Shown: positions 1-13,311, counted from the stretch's first letter. The stretch is DNA of 64,000 nt from Octopus vulgaris (GCA_951406725.2 OX597823.1:85064001-85128000), one strand, 5' to 3'. Notes: generated by a model not told the origin, from the letters alone. Program-made: numbers and translations.

Positions 1-282
1 AACCGATGGAGTGCTGGTTTATTCTGCTATGAAGATCATGGTTTTAAATCCTGAAAATGTGTCTACATCTGCACACAGTTGCAGAAATCCGTCGATGGGA
101 ATGGAGTATATGCTACCAGATCATGCTGACATGCGAGTGTTGGATTTGAATTTTGTTAATATAAATATCAGATGTGTTAGTGATTTCGAAGTTCATCGCC
201 TCTACCTTTTCAAACAGTGATGAAGGAACAGATTATTCGTCATATATAATATTGGGGAACATTTCAGAAAAGTTTTTAGTAT

Positions 283-604
283 GCAACTGGTACTTAATTT
301 ATCGACCCCGAATGGATGAAAGGTAAAGTCAACCTCGGAGGAATTTGAACCCAGAACGTAAAGACAGACGAAATACCTATTTCTTTATTACCCACAGGAG
401 GCTAAACATATAGGGGACAAACAAGGACAGACATAAGTATTAAGTCGATTACATCGACCTTCAGTGCGTAACTGGTACTTAATTTATCAACCCCGAAAGG
501 ATGAAAGGCAAAGTCGATCTCGGCGGAATTTGAACTCATAACGTAACGACAGACGAAATACGGCTACGCATTTCGCCCGGCGTGCTAACGATTCTGCCAG
601 CTCG
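283..604 (-). mobile_element. tRNA-derived SINE family A, dimer (head-core-tailA-core, 3' truncated)
   Basis: On the minus strand: Pol III A-box-like tggcagaatcgtt, B-box-like gagttcaaattcc and core gcctttcatcctttcggggttgataaattaagtaccag. The core occurs twice, with junction aaagaaatag|gtatttcgtc near 378. Confidence 0.85.
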
Positions 605-626
605 TTGCTTAGAACAACTTATATAT

Positions 627-900
627 AGGCGGTGGGGTGGCTGTGTGCTAATTTTCCAAGTGGTTCCGCAGCATTGCTCGGGAATGTGTCTTCTACTGTA
701 GCCTCGGACCAAGCAAAACCTTATCAATGGGTTTAGTAGACGGAAACTGGAAAAAGCCCGTCGTGTAAATGTATACACACACACGTGTGTTTTGCTGTCT
801 GTGTTTGTCCCCTCCTCTGCGTGACAACGTGTGTCGGTGTGTTTATAGCCACACAGCTTAGCGGTCGGAATAAAAGATAGATAGAAAATAATAGTTAGAA
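627..900 (+). mobile_element. tRNA-derived SINE family B (CORE-like, internal microsatellite), degenerate
   Basis: gtggctgtgtg head, then gtgtcttctactgtagcctcggaccaagc...gacggaaactg, matching the copies at 1318, 42895 and 62642. Confidence 0.7.
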
Positions 901-919
901 AAAAGGCACTAAAAACAGA

Positions 920-961
<42 letters not shown>

Positions 962-1215
962 GGGTGTGTGTGATTGTGTATAGAAGAATGTATTAATAAA
1001 AGGAATTCTAACCTTGTCTGATTTTCACGTTTTATTTACAATCTTATAATGATATAATATAAGATAATATAATATAATAGAATAAAATAAAATAGTAGAA
1101 TTTTAAATGTTCATTCTGATTGAACTAGTACTTTCATGCATTAAATTCTGCAATCTTCATGTTCATGTAGTAGTGGTGACAGTCATGCTTCACAATTTTT
1201 ATATATATATGTATG

Positions 1216-1247
<32 letters not shown>

Positions 1248-1250
1248 CAT

Positions 1251-1307
<57 letters not shown>

Positions 1308-1317
1308 CATATATTTA

Positions 1318-1499
1318 GCGGGTGGCGTGGCTATGTAGTAGGAAGCTTGCTTTTCAACCACATCATTCTGGGTTCAGTTCCATTGCGTGGCACTTCGGAG
1401 AGTGTTTTCTACTAAAGTCTCCGGCGGATCACGTTCTTATGAGTGGATTTGTTAAACAGAAACTGAAAGAAACCTGTTGTATATATACATAGTTACACA

Positions 1500-1532
<33 letters not shown>

Positions 1533-1760
1533 TTATGTGTGTGTATGTATATATATATATATTTATGTGTGTGTGTTTGAGTTTGTCCGCCCGTCATCAC
1601 TTGACAACCGATGTCGGTGTGTTTACGTCCTCGAACCATAGCGGATCGACAAAAGAATCGGATAGAATAATTACAAAGTATAAGTCCTATGGTTGATATC
1701 TGAGACTAAGGCGGGCTTCAGCTCAGCTGCAGTGAAATAACTGAAACAAGTAAAAGAATA
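1318..1760 (+). mobile_element. SINE family B, near full length
   Basis: Head gtggctatgtagtaggaagcttgc...gggttcagttccattgcgtggcac, internal (CA)/(TA)/(TG) tract, 3' half cttgacaaccgatgtcggtgtgtttacg...ctgaaacaagtaaaagaa. Confidence 0.8.
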
Positions 1761-2204
1761 TGTATTCTCCTATATATACATATATATGTAACATATGCTA
1801 TAATTATACACAGACCAAATTTTAGCTATTTATCCGCAGACTGAAAGAAATGAATCGATCTTCGAAACTCATTGGGTTCTCATCAGAGGTGTCATTCTGA
1901 TAGTGTTCAGAGAAACAACAACCAAACTGTTTATATACTCAACAAATACAGCAGTTACTCTATGAAGGAGTTCATAATCTGTATACCGAAAGTGTGAAGT
2001 GTGTCACACAAGGAAAAGGACTGGGGAGCAGAAAACATTTATGTCAAATCCGAACTCCAAACTACAAGTTCTCCCTTCGAAATGCTCCCTTACGATTCTA
2101 ACACATTCTTCTCTGCAACCCATTCATGCTCTCCTGGAAGGGTTCTCCCGGAATTATAATACAATAGCGACATATAGCCGCAATTCAAAACCGAATAAAA
2201 AATC

Positions 2205-2739
2205 ATTCACCGTCACTAAAATGTGCCAATAGGTGCAGGAAGCTCCAGCATTGCTAGAAATAAGAATGAAAGAATCTTTACCACAGAAGTATATGTTCTC
2301 TTTACCAACAAAGGAGATAACGTCGCCACTGCAAGCTAATGGCAGAAAACTATACTTGGCATGCCAATGAACGCTTCGTCACTTTTAGTGACTGAATTAT
2401 TTCCTTTTTCGTTTTCAATTGCATTTAGCTACCTTAATTATTTTATAATTTTCACATTTCCGTTTTGCGGAATCAGGTCCTGATTCCTATGGTAAAGTTT
2501 ATATATACTGACAGGATAAATCAAGATTCACCACCCACAATGGAGTAAGACTTACTGTTGAGCATTAATTTCCATGCGAAATTGGCATGCCAATGTAATG
2601 CTACTCGCTTGCGGTTCGAAGGTTATCTAACTTGTCAGTAAGTAGAACATGTGCTCCTGTACTTAAAGAGAGTTGGACTATTATTTCTAGCAATGCTGTT
2701 GTCCACTGCACCCATCGTCACTTTTTAGTGGTGGTGAAT
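2205..2739. mobile_element. MITE-like element with ~60-bp imperfect terminal inverted repeats
   Basis: attcaccgtcactaaaatgtgcc...cagcattgctagaaataa (2205-2262) is the reverse complement of ttatttctagcaatgctg...cactttttagtggtggtgaat (2681-2739). A partial extra end lies near 2377-2398. Confidence 0.6.
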
Positions 2740-2751
2740 TTTATATATATA

Positions 2752-3845
2752 CTAGCAGTATCGCCCGGCGTTGCTCGGGTTTCTTTCGACCTGCTGGAAT
2801 TGTAATTTTGAAAAGTAAAAATTTTGTGAACATTTTTTCTGGTCGAAATACACCGAAAAGTGGCGACACAGCAGTGAAAAAATCGTAAAAAATAGGGATT
2901 TTCATAGAAAAAAGCATCTTTTTGATGTAAATAATTTTTGGTGTTAACATGGTCCGATTTGAATTTTATGTTCTACGGAAGGAAGAGCAACCCTTCTTCT
3001 ACCATACTCTCAATTTTGGTCAACTTGCGCCGCAGGGTCTCGGAGGAGATAGTGTTAGTTGAAGGTTACCATTCTAGGTGCCTGAGTAACAACCTCGCGG
3101 ATTTACAGATAAATGAATTAATTACTATTTTACAGAATAAAATTAAATAATTCTTGAAAATTAATTAATATTAATATTTTTTGAACAAAGTAAATAATTT
3201 TTAAAACTTAAATAATAATTTTTTTTACACAAACGCGAACGGGGAAAAGGGGGTGGCGAATTCGATTTACATACCTAAATTTTTTCTTTTTCATGACATT
3301 GTAGCAAAATAGTAGTGAATTATATAAATAGCAGCACTACATTTTTTTTTCTGGGGTATTTTTTTTCAACCTCGTCACATATTTGCCCCTTTCAATTTAA
3401 ACAAAGTCTTAATTAAGCAATTACGGCAGCTTAGCAATGGTTTCAATACAGGCGTGACATCTGTATCTCAATTGTTCAAAACCCTTCGAATTTTTTCGCA
3501 CGTGATGATATCATAGTGAAAACTTTCAATTACGCGCGCTTAGAAGTACGCTCGCAAATTAATACTACCAAAATTTTGAAGTTCGCGCTCCGCTTGTGTG
3601 TGTGTGTGTGTGTGTGCGTGCTTTAGGTGTACGTAGGTATGTGTTTTTGTGTGTGTGTGTCACTGAAGCCATACATACATATATACATACATAACCTCTC
3701 TCTCTCTTTTCTCTCTCAGTCACTCACTACAAAAAGTGAATAAAAAAAGTTCAGTTATTTCTGTCTTTCACTCTGTCTGTCTCTTTACACACACTAACAA
3801 AAGCACTTCACTTACACACCACACTTTCTGTGTCACACAACCCAT

Positions 3846-3886
<41 letters not shown>

Positions 3887-4427
3887 GCACGCACACATGT
3901 ACATCAATGCTTTCGGAGTGAAATGTTAGAATATTGAGTTTTCTCGAATTTTGTCTTAATTGGGGGTGAAATTGAAAGAAATATATTATGGCATGACCGA
4001 ATGGAGTACTTAGAAAAATCTTAGGTAAACTCTAATTGAAGAAATTGTGTGAGGAGTAAAACGCTATTTATTTGTTTCTGTTTGCTGTGTTTTTTTATTT
4101 TTTGAGTAGTGGTTTAAATACTTTCAGTTTAGTCTTCCTCAAATCACTCTGTCGCTATTTACTTTCATTTTATTCGTTGCACACTGTGTGTGTGCGTGTG
4201 CGTGTGGTGTAAACCACATTAAGAAAAGCATTTGACATACACACCAGAATGTGAGTTTTCTGTAAATTTTGCTTAATTGGAGTTTAAATTTTAAAAACTG
4301 GACCTGGCATGACCCGATGCATTCTACTCTTAAAAATGCTAGGTAAATTGTAATTGAAGAAATCCTATATTGTAGATTTCTATAAGTTACAAAGGGAGGC
4401 AGATAAAATCTGCCTTTTATAATAAGA
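2752..4427 (-). mobile_element. Non-autonomous Helitron
   Basis: Minus strand begins A|TCTTATTATAAAAGGC (4427) and ends CTAG|T (2752), with a subterminal GC hairpin cccggcgttgctcggg. It has no TSD, internal ~100-bp direct repeats (3950-4045 and 4267-4362) and microsatellites. Confidence 0.75.
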
Positions 4428-4540
4428 TATATATATATATATACATATATATCTACATACATATACATATATACATACAAACATACATACATTCATATAT
4501 AGATACATGTAAATATATATGTGTGTGAGTCTTGCCTGCC

Positions 4541-4904
4541 TTATCTGGATGCAGACGGTGACCAACGAGCTTGCTCCTTGGGCACATACAACAGATAAGG
4601 TCGAAAGTAGAAGCATGCTGGGCGCATTCTGCGATGACTGTAGCGGTTCATAGGAAAGATTGTCATCCTGAAACCTACCCATGGGAGAATGAACAGTAGG
4701 GTTTCTTCCGTAATCTTGCCCCAAAGGTTTGGTGGGTTTTGAACGGAGCTGCAAATATTTGAATATTGGAAATGGAAGTTAAGATGTGGCCCGTTCATTT
4801 GCTTCCATAATGCAAGGGCAAATTATAGTGGATGTATATTGATGATGATGATGATGATGATGATGAAAATAACGATGAAGCTGCTGACGATGATGATAAT
4901 GATA

Positions 4905-4935
<31 letters not shown>
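4541..4935 (+). mobile_element. Decayed RTE/RTE-X-like LINE 3' fragment with (GAT)n tail
   Basis: Broken frames give IWMQTVTNEL, KHAGRILR and KIVILKPTHGRMN, resembling the RTE-type C-terminal motifs (W..hTNEE, FAGH..R, W.PTHG.R.RGRP). A (GAT)n tract follows. Confidence 0.55.
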
Positions 4936-4936
<1 letters not shown>

Positions 4937-5504
4937 ATGAGGATAATCATCATCAACAAGATTATTAATATGACATGATGTTAAGAGTGACGACGACGAG
5001 GCGATGATGGCGATGATGATGATGTTTAAGACGATAAATATGTTTATGAATGATAATGATATATTAAATATTTATTAATTATCACATATCGAGTGGAGTC
5101 TTTCTCAAAACCGATATAATATATATATATATATATATATATACATACAGAAATTTAAATAGATTTCCATAACAGGTAATGAATTTGTATTTAATACGAT
5201 ACCTACGTTATTAAGAAATCATAATTTTCATATAAGTAAATAGTTGCCTTAATATTTATTAATTACGGTTTTTGAGTACTTTTGCAATTACGTGCGAAAA
5301 GGAAGGAGTGCAAATATATTTCAATTTAATATGAATTATTAGCAATACTTATGTGGAAATTCAATAAAGATTTGAAGAACACATGAGGAGAAATTTGAAA
5401 TTATGGAAGTTTTCATAATGTGATGTTTAATAAAATTCTGTTCATGTTTAGTAGTAATAAGTTATTGAGCACTAGCGTGGATATTAGTCAGACTATATAT
5501 GAAC

Positions 5505-5542
<38 letters not shown>

Positions 5543-5719
5543 ATACATACATGTACGTACATGTGTGAATATATAAGTATGTATATATATGTATACTTAT
5601 ATATGAAAATAAGTGTATATATATATATATATGGAGAGCCATGTAAGTGTGTACATATAAACATTAAAAATAGAAAGAAATATAAAATATTTCGTAGACA
5701 TATACTAGTATGTTATATG

Positions 5720-5750
<31 letters not shown>

Positions 5751-6122
5751 AACACTAGCGTGGATATTAGTCATATATATACATATATATGTGTGTGTGT
5801 TTATCTATATATATTGCATACATATATATATTTACATACATGAATATAGATATACATACATATACATACATGCATACACGCACATGCAGTTATTCTATAT
5901 TGAGAGAGCTAGAGGAAATAGATATTTGTTTATAAACTCAATATATTTGAATATTAGATACGATCATAATTAGGAAACTTACTGGAAAATAAGAACTAAA
6001 TTTACTGTATACAAATGCATCTTCCGATAAGTATCAGGGAAAAGCGAACGACAATTTGCGGGGTTTTTTCCGTACCTCTTCAGCATTGTAATGATTTATC
6101 GTTATGTACAGCGTAATAAACG

Positions 6123-6542
6123 TTTCAAATTTTGGTTTGAGGCCAGGATTTTCTGAAAGAAGGTAAAGTGGATTACGTCGACCCCAGTGGGCACCTTGTA
6201 CATATATTATCGACCTCGAAAGGATGAAAGATATAGTCGTCCTCGGTGGAATTTGAACTTGGGATATACAGACGGACAAAACGTTGCTAAACATTTTACC
6301 TGGCGTGAAACCGAGATCAAAAACATCCCCCTTAAACATGAAAACGACCCGTTGCAGAGTTCAAATCAGCAATGTTTCAGAGGAGGAGACATTAACAGTA
6401 CTCTGCGTACGGTACTTAATTTTGTCGACTCCGAATGAATGACAGGCAAATTTTACAAGGATGGGATTTGAACTCAGAACACAAAGAGCTGGAAGAAATG
6501 CGAAGGGCATTTTTCCCGAAGCGTTAACGATTCTACCAGCTT
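6123..6542 (-). mobile_element. Two degenerate SINE-A monomers (tail B type)
   Basis: atcgacctcgaaaggatgaaag...ggaatttgaact and ggatttgaactcagaac...aacgattctaccagc. Confidence 0.65.
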
Positions 6543-6545
6543 GTA

Positions 6546-6765
6546 CAGTAATCCCTCGTCATATCGCGGTTCACCTATCGCGGTTTATTATTTAAGCTTA
6601 CGTCGATTCCTCCATGGTGTTATTTTGCATTTGTAATAAAATAAATATATACAAATTATAAAAATGATAAAAAGAAATACAGTACAGTACTGTTTCTACT
6701 TCGCAGATTTTCCCCAATCGGAGGTCTTTTGGAACGTAGCACCCAGAATAGTCGAGGGGTTACTG
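6546..6765. mobile_element. pogo/Tigger-like MITE
   Basis: TA|cagtaatccctcg ... cgaggggttactg|TA. Related copies at 6806-7269, 34836-34995, 38039-38122 and ~38860-38945. Confidence 0.75.
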
Positions 6766-6805
6766 TAATTGGCTAATTTCATTTTATTTTTTCGCCCTAT
6801 GCTTA

Positions 6806-7269
6806 TACTAATTACTCGCCATATAGCGGTTCACGTATCGCGTCCTAAGTACATCGCAGATTTTTCTGGCTGATATATGTAAATTCATCTCGCGGACTCC
6901 TCAGTATATCACGGGTTTCTGCGGCGGATAGGTATTTATGTTTTTTTAGATTTTAATTCTTTTTCTCTGTGGTAAAATAACCATTTCATGCCTAAAATTT
7001 AAATACGGTACAATATTGCACTGTATAACATATCAATTAAAATATATTAAAAAGAAAAATACGTAGTGCACCATCTATGAATAAACAAAGAACCGTACAT
7101 ACTGTATGAAAAACAAAACTCGGAAGGCGAGTGTGTGTTATTGTTTTGCATCTATAATAAAATAAATATATGCAAATTATAAAAATAATAATAATAAACA
7201 TACAGTACAGTACACTTTCTACTTGACGGATTTTCACCTAACGGGGGTTTTTGGAACGAGGGAATACTG
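6806..7269. mobile_element. pogo/Tigger-like MITE, longer variant
   Basis: ctcgccatatagcggttcacgtatcgcg start, shared body aaatacagtacagtac...ctacttgacggattttcacc, end cgagggaatactg|ta. Confidence 0.65.
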
Positions 7270-8309
7270 TATTTTTTCATAGGATATTTAATATTCATTG
7301 CTATAAATATTTTAATAATAACTTAATAATTGAGATTCATTGTGTTTCCTCTCAACAGAATAATTTGGCGTTTAATCGAAGCCAGTTTGCTCAACAATGA
7401 TGCCTATTTATAGACACACAGTTACGTTTTCTCCATTGTAAAAATGCGTAATTAATTCTATTAGCATTTTTGTTATATAGTTTATGTGAAGAAGGAATAT
7501 AAAAATAAAGTTGGTCATATTATAAAGAAGGCCTCAAGCAATCAGTACGTGGAAAGAGCTAAATGAACATAAAGAGGGATTTTGTTAAAAAGAGTGTTTC
7601 ACTTGGAACCGTTTTCAGAAAATTATGAAATTGTTTGAAATTTTTTTCTTTCCAACAACGAGAATTTTGACAAAAATTCTATCTGAAATCCTCTCTACAC
7701 ATTCCGTTCCGCGAATGTGTTGATAGCTTGTAGCGGTTGATGCTTATAACTTTATATAATTCAATCATTCAATTGATAATGAACGAAAACTTACATCAAA
7801 AATGGTTAATATGCAACTGCATTTTGAAGTGGTTTCTGTTCTGCTTTATCTCAAATGAATAGTTTTAATAATCACGTTCTTTCTTTAGATCTTTAGAGTG
7901 AATTAGTCATCAAGGACAGAATGATACTGGAGAATTGCCTTCAGTGTATAAATAAAGCAACAAACAACAGCATAGTTGTTTTAATCTCATTCATAGCAAG
8001 GATTGATGTTCGATTAAGTCATTAAATTTCAGCTATTTTCCATACCTGAAGTTCCTGGAAGAATTGAAGAGCCTGGAGTGTGATGCGTTTTACACTGGCA
8101 ACGAATTTTTTCTATATATGAAGATGACAGAGTTTGTTGTGACCTTGTTCTGCATTAGGTTGGTCAGGGTGGTTGTTTGAAGGAGGAAAGAACTGCACAA
8201 TTTTGACAATCTGCCATCTTGTAATATCTACGATGACGGTTCAGTTCCTAATAGAATTATATCTTCTGTACAAACTGCACGACTCCGAGACCTAACAGTT
8301 TTGCCCATA

Positions 8310-8551
8310 CAGTCGTGGCTAAAAATTTGGGAATATCTTTTAAAAATCAAAATTGTTATGCCTAAGTACAATTCGTTTCAAATATATACATCGTATATAT
8401 CTGGGCATGTAATATAAAACTTCTAATTCTCAGACCTATGATCCTAAGTTTTGGCCAAGTAATAATATATTGTAAATTAAATATAACCTCAAGCATTTGA
8501 TATAAATATTCTAATTTTCGGGCTTATGTTCCAAACTTTTCGCCACGAATA
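8310..8551. mobile_element. Tc1-type MITE
   Basis: TA|cagtcgtggctaaaaatttggga and tccaaacttttcgccacgaat|a form imperfect TIRs. Confidence 0.6.
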
Positions 8552-8773
8552 TAGGTAGTCACCCGGCCTACTAGATTTAGTAGGAAGATTTTCTCGAAAT
8601 CCTAATCCGGCGTTAAAAGGGGAAAATAGTTTTGTCACAGCTAGAATATCTTTGATCGTAAACGGATTAGAAAATAATATTCACTATTCCTTTTCTAGCA
8701 ACCTTTAGTAAATGTAAGAATAGCACATCATGGTATTTATATCATCATACCAATCTGAATGAGTATCTTAACT

Positions 8774-8997
8774 CGTGATCACGTGACCGACCAGGTTATC
8801 AGATGTTGTTACACATTGCTGGTCACGATGCATTTTGCATTGTTTTAGCCTTCAAATGATGTCACCAGCTATTTAGGCAAGCAGGCTAACATTCCCCTAA
8901 CGCGAAATCAAATGTTTTGCTTAAGAACACAACACACCGCCCGGTCTGGGGATCGAAGCCACCACTAGCGACGTAAACACGAGGCCACGCGCCTTCA
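8774..8997 (-). mobile_element. SINE family C, degenerate (CORE-like middle, tail variant T4)
   Basis: Minus-strand B-box-like cttcgatccccagaccgggcgg followed by gtgttcttaagcaaaacattt. Confidence 0.6.
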
Positions 8998-10673
8998 CTA
9001 GCGTCCTAATATAAGCCATTAAAATATGTACCAGTCATACAAGGACAGACGGAGGTCAATCAAGTCTAACCATTTTCAGAACAAATGGGTCAATTAAAAC
9101 TTGATATAATGAATGGGACCAGACGGAACTTGAACATAAACTTTGGAACACGGAACTCTATATCTCGCAGTGCCATCCGACGCACTGCAATTAATTATAG
9201 TCGTGAAAGAAAGGAACGATTTTGCTAGGAATTGGCCAACCCGTATCATCTACGACCTGAAGTCGAATATATTCTATGTTCTGGATCTAATATCACCGTG
9301 GTTTATTTTGTATTGCAGTATTCCCGGGTCGATAAAATAAATAATGATAACTCTTCAATTAACGATATTCCTTCCCAACATCACTTACCATTTTAGTTCA
9401 CCGTAAGAAATCAATACAGTAAACCAGAAAAGGTCGAATCGATGAGGCTGGTCCAGACATTAGGAGTCCAATTTGAGTGCATTCCAGAGCTTAGATAACA
9501 TTATTTTCACCTCAAAAAATCTTTAATAATAGATAATAAGGAAATCTTTAATAACAGAAAATCTCTAATGGTAGGCAATAAGAATCCTGGAACATATGTT
9601 TCTAAGTTCAAATCTGTCTGAGGTCAACTTTTTATTATTTCAGCAACTTTAAAATATGTACCTGACATTTTATGTTGATTTAATAGACTTTATCATTTCT
9701 CTACAAACATTGTCCCTTGAGCAGAGCCAAAGGAAATTAATCTGGGGGATATATAACTTAAGCAGTAAACTGATGGAAAAGTATGAGAGAATGAGGTATC
9801 TGTATGAACATAAACACGTAACTAAGATAGGGAACACAGAGATATGAGGGTAAATATTGCTGATAGGTGGTGTATCAGCGTGAACACAATAAAAATATTG
9901 TAAAATTATCCGTGAAATATGAGAAAGGAGACAATAAAATAATACAGAGAGATAAGGGAATAAAAAAGGAGAATAACAAAGAAATGGTTAGATGAAAGAG
10001 AAATCAGACAAGAAGAAAGAAGATAAAAGATGAAAGTGAGAAGAATACCAGAAGACAAAAAAAGAGAACGGACAAAGAGAAAATATGATGAAATAGGAAT
10101 GGAGAAAACTGAAGTGGAATACAAGGAGGAATTTGTGAGAAAAGAAGAAAAAAATGGAAAACAAGAAGGGATAACAAAGAAGTGGAAGGGATAAAAAGAG
10201 TTGTGAGTTGAGAGAAAAGAAAATGACAAAGACCAATTGGGAAATATCAGTAGAAATAAAAACAAAATATAGGAATTAGATGAAAGGTAACGGAGTATAA
10301 TAGAGACAAAAAATAATAACGAAGCAGACGAAAGAAATAGAATGAAAATAGAGGAATAATTGTTAGGAAAAAATATATTGTGGAAGGATAGAGAATGATT
10401 TGATGAAAGAAAAATAAGAAGTGGAACAGTTAAGAGAAACAAGAGATTATTATTATTTCAATGAAAAAAATCTACTTTTCGGATAAGATTATATTTTTAT
10501 CTCCTTTTAGTTTTTCTTTTTTTTCTTTTTCATTTTAATTCTATTTTCAACCAACCCAGTAACCCTTTCATTTCCACGGGCTCGAAATTCGTTTTCTGGA
10601 AGGCAATGTTTTCCTATTTAAACTGTGCTCAACTAGAAATGTTAGTTATTGGCTGCATCTTATCTCGACTCAA

Positions 10674-11089
10674 GGCGGCGAGCTGATCGTTAGCACGCCG
10701 GGCGAAATGCGTAGCCGTATTTCGTCTGCCGTTACGTTCTGCGTTCAAATTCCGCCGAGGTCGACTTTGCCTTTCATCTTTTCGGGGTCGATTAAATAAG
10801 TACCAGTTACACACTGGGGTCGATATAATCGATTTAATCTGTTTGTCTGTCCTTGTTCCTCCTCTCTGTGTTTAGCCCCTTGTGGGTAGTAAAGAAATAT
10901 GTATTTCGCCCGTCGCTATGTTCTGAGTTCAAATTCCGCCGAGGTCGACTTTGCCTTTCATCCTTTCGGGGTCGATAAATAAAGTACCAGTTTACCACTG
11001 GGGTCGATGTAATCGACTTAATCCCTTTGTCTGTCCTTGTTTGTTCCCTCTATGCTTAGCCCCTTGTGGGCAGTGAAGAAATATATATA
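10674..11089 (+). mobile_element. SINE-A dimer (head-core-tailA-core-tailA) with TSD
   Basis: ggcggcgagctg head, junction aaagaaatat|gtatttcgcc at 10900, TSD ttatctcgac(t/a)ca at 10660-10672 and 11090-11102. Confidence 0.9.
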
Positions 11090-11477
11090 TTATCTCGACA
11101 CATCAATCAAATTAATTACTTTTTTAAAAATTGATTTAAGAATCAATTCTTGCAAACAGAGGCCGCTAAAAAACCATTTGGAATCCGAATGATTTTTCAA
11201 GGCGTCAAACTGGCTGAGTAGTTAGGGCGTAGAACAAAGCAGTGTGTTGGGGCTCTCATCCTGAGTTCAAATACAGCCATGGATAAATTTCACCCTTTAT
11301 TATCCTTGCAATAAAGTACCTCTCTAGTACGTTTGACTGGCGAAGCTGAAAGAGCATCGGACCTAATGTGTTGTGGTATTAACTTCGGTTGTCTAAGATC
11401 GTGTGTAGTAGATTTACGTCACACAGTTTAGCACCACCACTTGATCCTGGATTACTTCCAGAGGAAGATTATATAGT

Positions 11478-11675
11478 GGTTTCAAATTTTGGCACAAGGT
11501 CAGTAATTTCGTGGTGGGAGAGAGTATGCCAATTACATCGACCACAGTATTCAACTGTAACTTATTTTATCGATCCCGGGAAGATGGCAGGCAAAGTCGA
11601 CCTCCACGGAATTTGAACTCAGAACGTAAAAGCTTCTAAGCATTTTGCCTGATGTGCTAATAATTCTGCCTGCTT
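11478..11675 (-). mobile_element. SINE-A monomer, degenerate
   Basis: ttatcgatcccgggaagatggcaggcaaagtcgacctccacggaatttgaactcagaacg. Confidence 0.7.
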
Positions 11676-11709
11676 GCTGTCTTCTAGTATTTATACCTTG
11701 GGTGATATT

Positions 11710-11930
11710 CTTTTCTATTCTAGGCACAAGGCCCAAAATCTTCCGACCACAGTACAAATGAATTAAGTCGATTACATCGACTCCGCGTAACTGGTGCTTT
11801 ATTTATCGACCCCGAAAGGATGAATGGCAAAAATCGACCTCGGCGGAATTTGAACTCAGAACGTAAAGACAGACGAAATAACGGTAAGTATTTCGCCCGG
11901 CGTGCTAACGATTCTGCCAGCTCGCTGCCT
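11710..11930 (-). mobile_element. SINE-A monomer (tail B) with 16-bp TSD
   Basis: Full head and core, tail ...gtgcctagaatagaaaag, TSD taccttgggtg(a/g)tatt at 11694-11709 and 11931-11946. Confidence 0.9.
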
Positions 11931-12867
11931 TACCTTGGGTGGTATTAACGTATCGGATGAAAAAAAACAAAACTTATAGTATATTCTGAGTTCAGATCCC
12001 GCTAAGGATAACTTTGATTCTTATCTTTCGAGGGTTACTGAAATAAAGTTCCAGTCTTGTACAGAGATAGATTTAATTGACTATATGTCTGTATCAGTAT
12101 TATTCAGCACACAAGAACCAAAAATCTCTTTAAGGGATTTCTGAATTCAGTAATTTTACTTCTGTTTTTCATGAGGCAAATTTGGCCAAAGTCCAGCGAG
12201 GTTATTAGAATTTTTGTAGAAGTTAAATAACAAGTATTGCTAGTCACAAAAAAGGTATATGAACCAACGCCTGTAAATACCCAAGAAGTAAAACTTTTAC
12301 AAACATTTCAAAGTCAGGTGTCCCAAACCAAAAAGTTTAAGAGAAAGTGAAGTAGAAGGTCCTTAACTAGTTGTGGGACACATGCTGGTTGCCAAACGAA
12401 CTAGTTATCGTGCAGCTTAACTCAACCACGTTATCCGTGGATGCTTATTGTAAGCATACAAGTCAAGCATTAGAAGTCATTAATTTCAACACAAACGCAT
12501 ATACAGGTACTCACCCGGCTGTACACACACAACTACGGACAGACGCACGTACAGTCACGCATGCCCACCACGCTCGCATGCGCGTAGAATCTTCATTTAC
12601 TTTCACCATTACTTTTTCTTATAATCAAACACATATCCGCATCCATTTTTCCTAACCATTTCTTGATAATTTGATGCAATATGTCCGGCAGAAATAATTC
12701 TTGAGTCTGGTTTATTCACACTTGCAGTGTTAGTCATGCATCGGAAGTTCTACAAATGGTCAAAGCGTTGCCCATCTTTATCTCATTAAAATGTAAGTAA
12801 AAATACAGAAAAATGATAAAAGTACTTTAACGTCTCACATACGTAACATACACCTTATATCTAATAC

Positions 12868-13200
12868 ATGTTTCAGTCATTGGACTGCGGCCATGCTGGG
12901 CACTCCTTTTAAGGGTTTAGTCGAACAAATCGATTCTCGTGTTTGTCAGCCTGGTGCTTATTTTATCGGTGTCTGTTTTCCGAAACGCTAGCTCACGGAA
13001 ACGTAACAGATACACTCGCACTCATATACACATAAATATACATACATACGATGAGCTTCCGAACAGTTTCCATCTACAAGATTCACTGATCAGTCGCCAT
13101 TCTGTCCAGGGCGATGGTAGAAGACTCTTTCCCAAGGTGCCATGCATTAATACTGAACCCGTAACCCGTCGGATGCCAAGTGAGCTTCTTTAACCACACC
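12868..13200 (-). mobile_element. SINE family B, degenerate
   Basis: tgtttcagtcattggactgcggccatgctgg ... cccaaggtgccatgca ... cttcttttaaccaca-like head remnant. Confidence 0.7.
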
Positions 13201-13311
13201 GCTAGGCAAGAAAAGAAAACAGAAAAGGAAAACTTTAGATTTTCTCAAAGTATTTATTCAGTCATTTAGCAAAGACCGACTTTAAGAGTGTTTAATATCT
13301 ACACAGAACCA

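Noticed and set aside
11-220. 69-aa ORF at the window start
   Set aside because: No recognisable domain or splice context, and it cannot be assigned as an exon or TE fragment.
8040-8295. Exon-like segment on the minus strand (ag ... cag|gtatg)
   Set aside because: All three frames contain stops, so there is no coding support.
9906-10442. 178-aa hydrophobic ORF resembling a membrane protein
   Set aside because: It is the antisense translation of an A/G-rich low-complexity tract.
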